Shown in pieces: positions 50,681-64,000 of a stretch of DNA of 64,000 nucleotides. The position numbers and the translations under genes are program-made. Within the stretch, counting starts at the first letter, position 1; each line of letters starts with the position of its first letter. A model generated the notes under the pieces. It was not told where the DNA came from. It was given only the letters and a program-made list of their open reading frames with translations, and did not search any database. Where the stretch lies: positions 10,726,001 through 10,790,000 of the forward strand of contig OX597834.1 of the NCBI GenBank assembly GCA_951406725.2, read 5' to 3'. The DNA comes from Octopus vulgaris. Its lineage: Eukaryota.

Positions 50681-51373
50681 TCGGCAAACATCTCCCATGG
50701 TCTTTAATCTACACGTTCAGGCATGCATTTATACACTTTTTGAGCTGGCTTACTACAATCACTGAAAAGGTGACTGAACCATTCCTCTCTATTATATAAA
50801 TTAAATATTTATACATAACACTCCTTAAAATTTATATCCCTCATTTTGATTTACCTGCTTTTTTTCATTTCGTGAGGTAAGACACCATTATTGATATCAG
50901 GCAGGATGATAATTTCCGAGAATTTAATTTTAAAGTTAAAGACAGAAAACTTGGAGACATTTGAAAAGAGTTTAAGTTGTCCTTATAGAATATAAGTTTA
51001 TTTAGTTATTACTTACAATGTTTGCATATTTCCGTCATAGCAAATTTTTCTTCTATCAAGATACGTATTAGTCTATACTGTAAAGCGATTTTCAACAATA
51101 AGAACTACTTCAACGTAACTAAAGTAATCATGTGGTAACTCATGAACTCTCCTTAAATTCTATCCATTATGTATGTAGACATGTTGCAGCTATAATGTAA
51201 TTGTGGCATTGTGCTATTCATATTCTGCATACCTTGCTGATTACAAAATCCATTTGCGGTTTTAGTAAAAGAGGTTTAAATTATAACTCAATCATATCTA
51301 TATATGGTTTCTTACGCTATGAAATATCACAGAGCTTAGCTAACGGTCACTTCATATTTTGAAGTTCACATAC

Positions 51374-51404
<31 letters not shown>

Positions 51405-51659
51405 CATACATACATACATACATACATACACACACACACATGCATACGTACATACATACGTACATAGATACGTACATACATAGGTACACACATACATATA
51501 TACATACATATTATATGATATATATCTATATATATATGTTAGAATCTATCTATCTATCTAGGTAGCTATCAATATGCATGCACATACACACACGCACACA
51601 CACACACGCACACACACATATATATATAGATAGACAGTTATAGATAGATATATATACCT

Positions 51660-51758
51660 ATATACATACATAAGTTTGTGTGCGTGTGTATGTTTGAGAG
51701 AGAGAGATAGAAAGAGAAATAGAGAGAACGTGTACGTGCGTCTATCTATCTATCTACT

Positions 51759-51803
<45 letters not shown>

Positions 51804-51816
51804 ATAGCAATCAATA

Positions 51817-51894
<78 letters not shown>

Positions 51895-51914
51895 CAGTGA
51901 GACAGACAGAGACG

Positions 51915-51968
<54 letters not shown>

Positions 51969-52050
51969 CAGATATAGATATATGTTTGAGAGAGAGAGAT
52001 AGAAAGAGAAAGAGAGAGAACGTGTACGTGCGTCTATCTATCTATCTACT

Positions 52051-52095
<45 letters not shown>

Positions 52096-52178
52096 ATAGC
52101 AATCAATATGCATATATATATATATATTTAAATAGATAGATAGATAGATAGATAGATAGACAGTGAGACAGACAGACG

Positions 52179-52224
<46 letters not shown>

Positions 52225-52335
52225 CAGATATAGATATATACATATATACATACATAAGTTTGTGTGCGTGTGTGTGTTTGAGAGAGAGAGATAGAAAGAG
52301 AAAAAGTGAGAGAGAGAATGTGTACGCGCGTCTAT
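51660..52335. repeat. ~292-bp tandem duplication of a compound (TCTA)n-(TA)n-(TAGA)n block
   Basis: tgtttgagagagagagatagaaagag recurs at 51691, 51983 and 52275. Confidence 0.9.
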
Positions 52336-53146
52336 GTGTGATATAGTGCATATATGCATACGGGGAATATACGTGCCTGCATATATGTATGCAATTATCA
52401 GTCGTTTATTGTATTTGTATTCTTATAAGAAACTTAAAATCGCAATTAGTGACTAATATATTTTATTGTATTTTAATTACAACAATTACAAATTTGCATC
52501 GCTGAACACGTCTTGCAAAGTATGATTTCAAAATGGCACTTAATAAAACCAATTTAAAGATGAACCATTCAGAGTTGAGATTCATTGACATGGTAATTTT
52601 GAACCGGAACTAAATACAGAATATATTAAAAACATTAATAAATAAAGATTAAATGTAAATCAAGTTGAGACACATTAGACGTTGGAACAAATTTAATAAA
52701 GTTTAACCTCCATGATCATAATATAGACTCATTTTGAAGTTAAATGCAGTCTGGTCTTATTAATAATGAAAATAAAATTATATTTAAACTTTACATATAT
52801 AGGACGTTATATTCTGTTTTGTTTTATCTTATGTTGACTGACAAAATGTCAATTAACTTCAGCCACTGCGTCTTTTGACAGAACGTGATATATACTAAGA
52901 ATTTTTCTATTGTTATATTTTCTAGATATACGACAGAATATATTGGCACGTTATATAATAGATGATAAATATTTAATAAATTTATATAACAAAAGAAAAC
53001 GTATTAAACAGGTTAATCCACTAGATTATTGATTGTATAACTGTGAAGTTTAAGAAACTGAAATTCTGCCAGACGGAATACACGGCGAAGTCATTTTCAA
53101 GTTTCACAAAGTCTTTGAAAAAAATGCTTTATGCGTATGTTTAATG

Positions 53147-53312
<166 letters not shown>

Positions 53313-53477
53313 TACGGAGATGTATATTCAAATATATGCCTATGTATATTTGTGTGTATGTGTGGCGCGCGTGTCTGTTCATGTTGTATATGTCTCAATC
53401 GAATTAAACATTTGTTTACAAATTTTCGTAATTTTTGTATGTTTTCTTGCTCCAAAATATGTCTTAGTTCCCAGTTT

Positions 53478-53640
53478 TAAGACCACTACCTGTTCAATGA
53501 CAAAAATCCGTGCTGCATCTGTCAGGTCGCGGTCTTAAAGCGAAGAAAATATTTTGATAAATTAAACTTAAATGTTGAAGTGAATCGAACGGCTTTTGTG
53601 TGTTTCTTAAATGGCTTAAAAACACCTTCCACGCTGCAAT
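53478..53640. mobile_element. Partial copy of the fold-back element at 55210-55456
   Basis: cctgttcaatgacaaaaatccgtgc...ggtcgcggtcttaaagcgaagaaaatattttga...ttccacgctgcaa is shared with it. Confidence 0.8.
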
Positions 53641-53999
53641 TATATATATATATATATATATATATAGTATACTATACTGTAGAGAGAAGTAAGTAAAATC
53701 TAAATCACTTTAATCTCGAAACGCGTATATAGTTATTCCCGGGCGTGGTAATTCATTGCTTTTATATTTGCCTTCGTAAAAAAGTATGTTTACCGCTATG
53801 GAGATTCTTATAGTAGCAGATAAGGCATTTTAACTCCTATTTCTAAATTGTGTATGTGGTGAAACAATTAGCTGAATCCTAATTATTATTAAATGGATAA
53901 TTTTACCTATAAAGGTTATTTTAACGTACCGATCTACTTGTTAAAATCATTAATTAATTAATTAATTAAATTAATTAATAAAATTTCCCCCTTATATTA

Positions 54000-54170
<171 letters not shown>

Positions 54171-54787
54171 TCAAATATATGCCTATGTATATTTGTGTGT
54201 ATGTGTGTGTGCGCGTGTCTGTTCATGGTGTATATGTCTCAATCGAATTAAACATTTGTTTACAGATTTTCGTAATTTTTTTGTATGTTTTCTTGCTCCA
54301 TATGTCTTAGTTCCCATGGTTACTACCGCCCTGTAATACGCTGTTTTACTTCGTTCGCGAACGCTTTGATCTGGTGCCCAAAGTGGAATAGTCACGTAGT
54401 GTAAGAACGGTTTCACTCATGAAATCAAAGCTGTTATATTCCCTTTCCTCTACCAGACTGTAATAGTGCCAATGAAGGTACGTCCATAAATTTTATAGAA
54501 GTCCTGCGGCACAATTTCCCTGCATCCATCACAAATTACATTGAAGTGTACACAGTGATATATGTGTACATAAAAAACAAAAAAACAAAAACAAACATGT
54601 CTCAGATTTAATTATTCAAATTTAAATATACGATAGGTTCGCTTCCAAAACACATGATTTCGTATTCAATCCTACGAACCCAGATCACATGCAATTTGGT
54701 AAAAAGATACCATCTCCCTCTCTCTCTCTCTCTCTCTAATCACTCTCACGATGTGTTTATATACATTGACACACACATATATATATG

Positions 54788-54830
<43 letters not shown>

Positions 54831-54973
54831 CGAAGTCTGCCTATATATGTGTGTTTATATTTACATATATCACAGATAAGTGTGTGTGTGTGTGTTTGCA
54901 TATATATATTGTCTTATTTTCCTTATACATACATACATACATGCATACATATATATATATATGTATGTATATG

Positions 54974-55068
<95 letters not shown>

Positions 55069-55123
55069 TCAAAATTGATGGATAGGTATACACAGGTGAT
55101 TATGAAGTCTCACCCCGATTTCG

Positions 55124-55157
<34 letters not shown>

Positions 55158-55209
55158 GGGATGTACTCGCAAGGTGATTTGATCTGAGATCGTGTGCTGA
55201 AACGAAACA

Positions 55210-55456
55210 CAGCGTGGAAGGTGTGTGTGATTTTAAGAAACACTTCAATTCATTTATGTTTAATTTGTCAAAATATTTTCGTCGCTAAGACCGCGACCTG
55301 TTCACTGACAAAAATCCGTGCAGCACGGATTTTTGTCAGTGAACAGGTCGCGGATTTTAGCGACGAAAATATTTTGACAAATTAAACATAAATGTTGAAG
55401 GGAATCGAACGGCTTTTGTGTGTTTCTTAAATGGCTTACAAAAACATTCCACGCTG
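55210..55456. mobile_element. Fold-back palindrome with hammerhead-like motifs on both arms; probable Penelope pseudo-LTR inversion
   Basis: Centre ccgcgacctgttcactgacaaaaatccgtgc-a-gcacggatttttgtcagtgaacaggtcgcgg; the arm carries tgaaca-ggtcgc-ggatttta-gcgac-GAAA. Confidence 0.78.
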
Positions 55457-55836
55457 CAACTGTATATATATATATACCATGGGCTCCTAGAGAGCGTTTG
55501 TCGAAAAGATTGCTGCGCATTTGTTTGGAGATTTAAGTTCCTGGATTTTCCTAAAGAGAAAGCTGCAAAATGGTCTCCTTATTCAATCCGAATTAGGGAT
55601 TTTGCAGCCTTTGAAACATATGTAGAAAATAATGAAAAGGAATTTTGTAAAATCTTCGTTCAGCTCCATTTCTTCCCTCACTAAATATATAAAATTTCAA
55701 TTATCCGCACTAAGGCACGGTTGCGAGGCCCCATGGTCGTAACCTCAACCGTGATTTTTCTGTTGTGATTTTTGCTACCCAGGTATCGGTTATAATTTGA
55801 ATAATCCGTAACAAGATAATTCATTTATCCATTTCA

Positions 55837-55880
<44 letters not shown>

Positions 55881-56159
55881 ATGTATGTATGTATGTATGT
55901 ATGTATGTATAAGGAAAATAAGACAAGGTAGAAAATGCTAAAACAATGTTACCATGAAGAACATTTTAGCACCGGTTCCAGATTTGTAACTTTTTCAATT
56001 TAGAATGAAGCATGAAGAACAATTAAATTGCGGAAAAATTGAATGAAATGTTGTTTTAAGATACATTTCCATAGTTTATCAAATATATCGGACATTTTCC
56101 TTTTTTCCATCTCTCTCTTATACTTATGTGAAGGCTCGGTATGTAGGTAGTAGCAGGTC

Positions 56160-56571
56160 TCTTTTCTCTTTTCTCTTTTACTTGTTTCAGTCATTTGACT
56201 GCGGCCATGCTGGTGCACCGCCTTTAATCGAGCAACTCGACCCCGGGACTTATTCTTTGTAAGCCCAGTACTTATTCTATCGATCTCTTTTTTTGCCGAA
56301 CCGCTAAGTGGCGGGGACGTAAACACACCAGCATCGGTTGTCAAGCGATGCTAGGGGGACAAACACAGACACACAAACACACACACACACATATATATAC
56401 ATATATACGACAGGCTTCTTTCAGTTTCCGTCTACCAAATCCACTCACAAGACATTGGTCGGCCCGGGGCTATAGCAGAAGACACTTGCCCAAGATGCCA
56501 CGCAGTGGGACTGAACCCGGAACCATGTGGTTGGTTAGCAAGCTACTTACCACACAGCCACTCCTGCGCCT
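56160..56571 (-). mobile_element. SINE family B, full length and young-looking
   Basis: Complete head to tail; (t/c)aggtct flanks both sides. Confidence 0.93.
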
Positions 56572-57317
56572 ATAGGTCTGGTGCAATATTTAATATGAAG
56601 GATGTTGATTCTTGGTTTTGATTGTTTAAGAGCACTTCACCAACAACCTGCTAGAATTATAATGCACCCGTATTTTTCTTATTCTTTCTCTTCTTTTCCT
56701 ACTCCCGCTCCTCCTCCTCCTCCTCCTCTTCTTCTTCTTCTTCTCCTCCTTCCTCGCCTACAGCTGCTTCAACACTCAAAACCAAGAACCTACACGCCTA
56801 ATATTAAACAATTTTTTTTATATAAACAATTTTCTTTAATATCAACAACTTTAATTAATTTACGAACTTTAATTGTAATATATTGCCAATATAATAGTAT
56901 AATTATCATTAATATATATTTACACGTTTTATTACAAGCCGTAGTTTAATTAAGTACCTGATACTAAATCTATATACCTATATATTGTTTTTATATAATT
57001 AAAATAGCCAAAGATTGTCTTCGACCTAAACGAATTTACATTAATATTATTGGAGATATATATAAATATATCCGATAGTCGTAGATTTTACTTACTTAAT
57101 TATTTTGCCCGTTATAGTTTTCTTGTATTCTTTGTTATAACTGTTATGTAGGTGAAAGGTAAGCTCTCACGCTCATAATATTTAGGCAATTTAATTAATA
57201 TTTTTTACAATCCTTTCACACGGAATCTCGTTTGTCTTTAAACCATAGCTCTGATGAGACTTATATAAGTGGATGTAATTATTTATAAATCAAACAATAT
57301 ATATATATAAATATATA

Positions 57318-57711
57318 TCTTTATATATAAAAGTGAGGTTGTGTGCTGTCTGTCTCCTACGATTTAGTTCCTAACTATTCCCACATTTTGCGGTGCAGTT
57401 TAACCAAAACCGAGTATCTTATAGTCGTGATTCATATCGAGCCCTTCTGGGTATTAGCGCGCGTCTACGATGAGTGTACGATTTAAAAAAAAAATTACCA
57501 TCAATTTTTCCATTTTTAATGCATTTTTTTCGCTATTATATAAGGGAAGTAACTCTCTAAAAATTTATTAAATCTCAGAACGTAAAAAGCTACAGTAACA
57601 CCCCCCTTTGTGGTTAGCCATATTGAGATGGCTATTATACTTTACATCTCTAAAAATGCTTATATAGTTATTTCCCTTACAGACCCGAGCAACGCCGGGC
57701 GATACTGCTAG
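57318..57711 (+). mobile_element. Non-autonomous Helitron (394 bp)
   Basis: 5' TCTTTATATATAAAAG; subterminal hairpin cccg-agcaacgc-cggg (57684-57699); 3' CTAG; inserted between A and T with no TSD. Confidence 0.88.
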
Positions 57712-57976
57712 TATATATATATAAGTCGAAGCAAACCATTAGCACCTTGGTTTTTTAAATGATATTTTATGTTATCGTATATTACTTTATATTGATAGTA
57801 TATTTTGTTATATTATGATATAAATAAACTATTGCATTGAAAATTGAATCCCACTATCAAATATATTGTTTGCAATTTGCATTATACCCTTATTTATGTG
57901 GTATTCAACTGACGTACCGATGTATTCGATGATTTACAAACCCCTTTGAAGGAACTCCTTTCCTTTATTTTGTTGC

Positions 57977-58013
<37 letters not shown>

Positions 58014-58017
<4 letters not shown>

Positions 58018-58220
58018 GTAGGAGTGACTGTGTGTTAAGTAGCTTGCTTACCAACCACATGGTTCCATGTTCAGTCCCACTACATGGCAACTTGGGAAAG
58101 TGTCTTCTACTATAGCCTCGGGCCGACCGAAGCCTTGTGAGTGGATTTGGTACACGGAAACTGAAAGAAGCCCGTCGTATATATGTATATATATATGTAT
58201 GCGTCTGTATATGTTTGTGT
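58014..58220 (+). mobile_element. SINE family B, 5' half
   Basis: Head and CORE-like block up to the internal microsatellite. Confidence 0.85.
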
Positions 58221-59497
58221 ACGCAAATAATAGTCTTCTTCATAAGTATCAACCATCAGAAAACATATATGGGGTTATTCTTGCATAGGTTTAACATTAA
58301 TCATTACAACCACAAACTTGTCTTGTTAAATTCTATGAAAGTGTAACTTCCGCTAAAATCTTCCGTCTTAAGCGACATCGGAACTTATAGACATTAAAAT
58401 ACCTGTTATGGTAAATTCAACCTTACTTCAAACAGGTATATCGACGGTAATTGCATTTGATGTCTTCGTGTTGCAATTTACAAGGCAGGTCTTACGTGTT
58501 TAGGCAAAAGAGAGCAACCTTTGTAGAGAAATGTAGAAAGAAATGCTCACTGCTACACAGCTGTGTGAACCGGACTGATCTAATAATTTCTAATAAATTT
58601 GTACAAAGAATTATTGATAATTTTATATTTCCCAAACTTTAAAGAAATTTAAAATAAAGAAGCTATTTTGAGTTACCACCTTCGAATCATGATGAAGCAT
58701 TAATATGTTCCTGAAGAACTAAATAATTCAAAATTCTCACGAATACATTTTGAAATTTAAAAAAAAAAAAAGTATATTCGAAGTTATTCGTGTCAAACAA
58801 ACACGCTGCGACGAAGAACGTTGAAGGAAATAACTACTGGAAACTAAGCGGATAAAATCAATTCCAAACATATTCTTTGGCTCTGAACATGAACTTTTAA
58901 TCTCGTAAGAAACAAAAAATATTCTATATCCGTGTCGAATTGAACTGCAAATAATAAAATCATTCTAGAATTCGATAAATGTTGGGGAATAACATGCAAT
59001 GTCTTTCCCAAGTCAAACAAAATACACAACAGCCTGAATATCGAAAGGTACTTAATGGAATAGCTAACAAAATCTAGCAGTTTCATGTATAGTTACCTGC
59101 AGGGGTGATTTAAAACCAGTTCCCAAAGTTCTCCGGTGCTAATGTTACTAGTTCACCTGGGAACATTTTAACAGACGAGCAGAACGGCTAAAAGATTTGA
59201 ACGAAGCAGTAATAACTTCTATCTTTAGCACAATTCCATAAATTTGCTGGTGACGAACAGAATATTTGAAGAATGTGAACTTTTGAGGTAAACTTTTGAG
59301 AGATTTGAAAAGAAATACTAAATGCCAATTACGTCTAGCATGAATTTAGGAATTTTCTCTATCATACTTTATTTAAAATTTCTATATTGCTGAGTGATAA
59401 TAAATCATACTAAAAACGGGATATCTTAAAATCAACTTCGAGGGATTTAATTCTGTAAAAACTGCCCTACAATCTTTTACAACAAAACAAGGAAATA

Positions 59498-59659
59498 GGC
59501 GCAGGAGTGGCTGTGTGGTAAGTAGCTTGCTAACCAACCACATGGTTCCGGGTTCAGTCCCGCTGCGTGGCATCTTGGGCAAGTGACTTCTGCTATAGCC
59601 CCGGGCCGACCAATGCCTTGTGAGTGGATTTGGTGGACGGAAACTGAAAGAAGCCTGTC

Positions 59660-59705
<46 letters not shown>

Positions 59706-59900
59706 ATGTGTGTGTGTTTGTGTGCTGGTGTGCTTACATCCCCCGTCACTTAGCAGTTCGGCAAAAAGAGACCGATAGAATAAGTACTGGGCTTACAAAG
59801 AATACGTCCCGGGGTCGATTTGCTCGACTAAAAAAAAAAAAAGGCGGTGCTCCAGCATGGCCGCAGTCAAATGACTGAAACAAGTAAAAGAAAAAAATAA
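59498..59900 (+). mobile_element. SINE family B, full length
   Basis: Complete head to tail. Confidence 0.93.
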
Positions 59901-59996
59901 AAGAAAAAAAATAATAGATTACATAACACATGGCACAGCAGCTAGATCATATTTATATGACGGAGGAAATCATTATGCTAATTTATCGAAGTGTTC

Positions 59997-60155
59997 ACTT
60001 ACAAATGAGGAAAGACACTAAAAGACCTTTCTTTGCAGCAAACTAGCACGGCCATCTTGGAATTTTGGGCATGTTGGCCTTCATCAGACGCACAGACTTT
60101 CACTTCCGGAAGCGATTCTTCATTAACGCAATGAACGTAGCCTGAAACCAATAGA
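59997..60155 (-). promoter_or_regulatory. Candidate housekeeping-type promoter and first exon on the minus strand
   Basis: Cluster in non-repeat DNA: YY1-like CAAGATGGCC (minus, ~60050-60059), palindromic ETS CACTTCCGGAAG (60101-60112), CCAAT (~60148-60152) and a minus-strand GTAAGT donor at 60002-59997. Confidence 0.4.
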
Positions 60156-60231
60156 CAGATATATGTATGTAGAAGTGACTAATAGCTGTTGAAATTTATA
60201 CTATTACTACTACTACTACTACTACTACAAA

Positions 60232-60262
<31 letters not shown>

Positions 60263-61182
60263 GATGATGATGATGATGACGATGATGATGATAATGCAGG
60301 TGATGTTGCTACATGCAGAAGAAGTTGCGCGTCTATATGAATTTTATATGCATATATGTGGGTGTATACATTATATATATATACATATGACACCCTTTCT
60401 CGCTCTCTCTCGCAATGCGTCTGTCTCACACCCACGTATCTGTATGCAAGCATATATGTGATACATATATATATATTTGCATGAGTGTGTGTGAGTGAGT
60501 ACACACATATATAAATAAATAGATAATAGACACAGACACATACACTCAAGCACACATGCACACACATACCTACACATTCACACACACACACATATATAGA
60601 TAGATAGATGCATACATACATACATACCCACACGCTCACTTTAATGCGAAATGTGTTTCGAGTCCCAGCGGTGAACAACTGCTCTTTCCTGACTCAGATG
60701 GTTACACAATGTATAGAATATATACTTTTCTATTTAACATCTTATCAATTAGCTCTTTATAATTCCATTAATGGTGTTATTACTCGTCCCAAACATTGGC
60801 CTAAAGCAAGTTACCTTGTTATGGTCGACATTAATAATATAATTTTCTTTCACTCTGCCACAAATGACAAGTGACCGAAACGCTAAAAGTTTTCCCACCT
60901 CACAGCAACCTATCATTTTCACAACTACAATCTCACTTTTTATTTCATTAGTAATACAGTTTGCCCTTCTAGTGCTAAATCTCTGATGAATTCTTCGAGC
61001 AGATAAGATTATGTAGTTAAAGTCATTTTGAAAGCGGTTATACAATATGTGAATACGTAGGCCAAATTTGATATAATATATGAAGCAGTCAGCTGCAAGT
61101 ACACCGTGATTCGAATTGCAACAGTCACAGTGTCATGTATACTTGTAATGTTTAAGGTTATTATGCAGAAATATTAGTAGTA

Positions 61183-61564
61183 GGAGCACTCCGTCGGTTA
61201 CGACGATGAGGGTCCCAGCTGATACGATCAACGGAACAGCTTGCTCGTGGAATTAACGTGCAAGTGGCTGAGCATTCCACAGACACGTGTACCCTTAACG
61301 TAGTTCTCGAGGAGATTCAGCGTGACACAGAGTGTGACAAGGCTGGCCCTTTGAAATACAGGTACAACAGAATCAGGAAGAATGAGTGAGAGAAAGTTGT
61401 GGTGAAAGAGTACAGCAGGGTTCACCCCCCACCCCCTGCAGGAGCCTCGTGAAGCTTTAGGTGTTTTCGCTCAATAAACACTCACAATGCCCGGTCTGGG
61501 AATCGAAACCGCGATCTTACGACCGCGAGTCCGCTGCCCTAACCACTGGGTCATTGCGCCTCCA
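61183..61564 (-). mobile_element. SINE family C, tail variant 2
   Basis: TSD gcagaaatatta on both sides. Confidence 0.92.
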
Positions 61565-62284
61565 CGCAGAAATATTAACCCTTGTGATCAATGAAAAAAA
61601 TATATCGAATGAATGCGTTGGAATTTATCTCACGCACTAACATTGTTTATACGATTCATATTTTGCTGTAAAATTACCTAGTTTCCTTGAAAATTATTAG
61701 AGATATTCACTAAATCTCATTTGTATATACAACACAAAACAACTGCGTTTCCGTTTTTTTTTGGGAAGTTCTGTGAGCATAATATCTTCAAGAGACCTTC
61801 AAATAGATATTTTTGCCTAAAGCTTTTCCTTAGGTTTAGATAAGATACACTTGCAAACGCCCTTTGTTATCCTGATTTAAAAGCAGTAGTAAATATCATT
61901 TCTCTGCTATATTTATTCTTCTCTACACGTCATGTTTCCTACTCAGACGACCAATAGATTGCATACATTTATATTAACAGATTCGTGTTATATTGTTAAT
62001 CGAACGCAAATGAATTAACAAGACTATCGGATAGAAAAATTGTCTCAATGTATTCCACTTTCGTTACACAGTAAAATTTTCGTGACAGATCGTTTGGAAT
62101 AAAACCTTATTCTTAGCAAAAAGGAATTGGGGTAACAAGCAACCTGCTGTTCTTCGTTTCTCTTTCTGCTCTTCATACATCAATCATTTACGAAATGGGG
62201 CATCTCAGACAGCCTAGAAATTATAAAATGAAATTTCAAGTCCTTGGAAAAACTAAAAAGTACGAAAAACTAAGTTTTGTAGGT

Positions 62285-62655
62285 GGAAGCACTCCGTCGG
62301 TTACGACGACGAGGGTTCCGGTTGATCCGAATCAACGGAACAGCCTGCTCGTGAAATTAACGTGTAAGTGGCTGAGCACTCCACATACACGTGTACCCTT
62401 AACGTAGTTCTCGGGGATATTCAGCGTGACACAGAGAGTGACAAGGCCGGCCCTTTGAAATACAGGTACAACAGAAACAGGAAGTAAGAGTGAGAGAAAG
62501 TTGTGGTGAAAGAGTACAGCAGGGATTACCACCATCCGCTGCCGGAGCCTCGTGGAGCTTTTTTAGGTGTTTTCGCTCAATAAACACTCACAACGCCCGG
62601 TCTGGGAATCGAAACCGCGAGTCAGCTGCCCTAACCACTGGGCCATTGCGCCTCC
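62285..62655 (-). mobile_element. SINE family C, tail variant 2
   Basis: 13-bp TSD aagttttgtaggt at 62272-62284 and 62656-62668. Confidence 0.93.
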
Positions 62656-63052
62656 AAGTTTTGTAGGTAAGTCAAGAGTGTCTGATACCGAGATTTCTAT
62701 TGTAGTAACGATTTTATGTTGGACTTAATGAAATATATTTCTTTTAGTTATGATGTTTGCTATTCTTAATATATTTCTGTTTTATAAGCAAAAATCTAAA
62801 ACAAATTGCAGATATATTTGTTAGCTAAATGGAATCGTTAGCTTACCAGATCATCATCGGTGACCGTAACAAAAAAACAAAAAAACAGAAACTAGGACGC
62901 GTAACAACATTATTCTAGTCATTGCATCGAGAGTAGATTTCCATTCTACACAAGAGATAGGAATGTGTATGCTACCAACAGCATATTTGAAAGAAGACCT
63001 GTTATAGAACAGTATTCTCAAGAACGTTCGCTATTTTATATAAATATGTATT

Positions 63053-63153
<101 letters not shown>

Positions 63154-63347
63154 TTATATAATATTAATTCGAGACAAAACCACTATTTTGCAAAACAAAC
63201 AAGGAAAGACTTAATCAATACATAAAAATTTTTAATATAAAGAAATAAACCGCCACTACAATCGTTTCATGTCTTCAATGACATTCGTCAGGTGGATTTT
63301 CGATCTCCTAATCTGTTTTAATTTATATACATATTTATATATGTATA

Positions 63348-63378
<31 letters not shown>

Positions 63379-64000
63379 GCATATATCTATGTTAACATGT
63401 GTGTATACATGACCCAAGTGAAAATACATATGTATATACACGCGTATATGTATATATACGTAAACACACACAAGAAGTCATTGCTATTCATATTGATATG
63501 CTATGCGTAATCACGATAATATACGATAATAGCAACAAACAAACTTTTGGAATAATGTTTGAATCTAACAACAGATTATTTTTCTCTCGACAAATCAACA
63601 ATGTAATCAATTTACTGCAGAAAAGATGGAAATGTAATGAAATAAATATTCGTATAATATAGCTTTCTCAAATTAACACGTATAAAACCGCTTCGTAGAA
63701 TTATCTCCACATATGATATCACCATTAAATGTAATATGCATAGCTATTCATCAATTCATGCAAGAACAAGCTGAGTGCTAGGCAAGCTACCTGTCAAAGT
63801 CTAACCATCTAAATTACCTAATACTTGCATTTAATAAGAAATGTAGATAGAGTGTACTGTGTAATCTAAGATATGCATAAAAGATACCTGGAGAGGTTTA
63901 GAGTCTAGTCCAAACCTATTTGGTTTGTGTTAGGATAGTGTTGAATAATATTTGCAAATATATTACAACGCCAACCAACTTCTGGCTAACAACGAAGCCT

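Noticed and set aside
58844-59086. 80-aa ATG ORF on the minus strand
   Set aside because: It starts just inside a putative intron, has no recognisable homology, and its length is compatible with chance.

Overview
This is an AT-rich eukaryotic window dominated by repeats. Its three tRNA-headed SINE families and very dense (TA)n/(CAT)n/(CTT)n/(TAGA)n microsatellites strongly suggest an Octopus (coleoid cephalopod) genome; this is my recognition of the repeats, not a database result. I could not find an intact host protein-coding gene, and nearly all ORFs in the track come from microsatellites or repeats. Supportable content: more than 35 SINE copies or fragments, CR1-group LINE 3' ends, R4/Dong LINE fragments inside (TAA)n, two decayed Naiad-type Penelope-like elements (one with RT and GIY-YIG, one with GIY-YIG only), an internally deleted mariner, a hAT MITE, a GG-terminal MITE with an 8-bp TSD, a non-autonomous Helitron, and two young tandem arrays (250-bp dimeric and 222-bp). 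The most interesting signals are five. (1) Hammerhead-ribozyme-like motifs and long fold-back palindromes that probably derive from Penelope pseudo-LTRs; one is split by a Helitron. (2) A covarying 3' stem-loop shared by a CR1-group LINE, a SINE family and orphan stubs, which points to a LINE-SINE partnership. (3) Apparent self-nesting of one SINE family into tandem arrays. (4) A 222-bp satellite that seems to derive from a dead LINE RT. (5) A candidate housekeeping-type promoter with a first exon on the minus strand near 60.0-60.15 kb. I do not see convincing evidence for a wholly new biological system. Coordinates of decayed elements are approximate.
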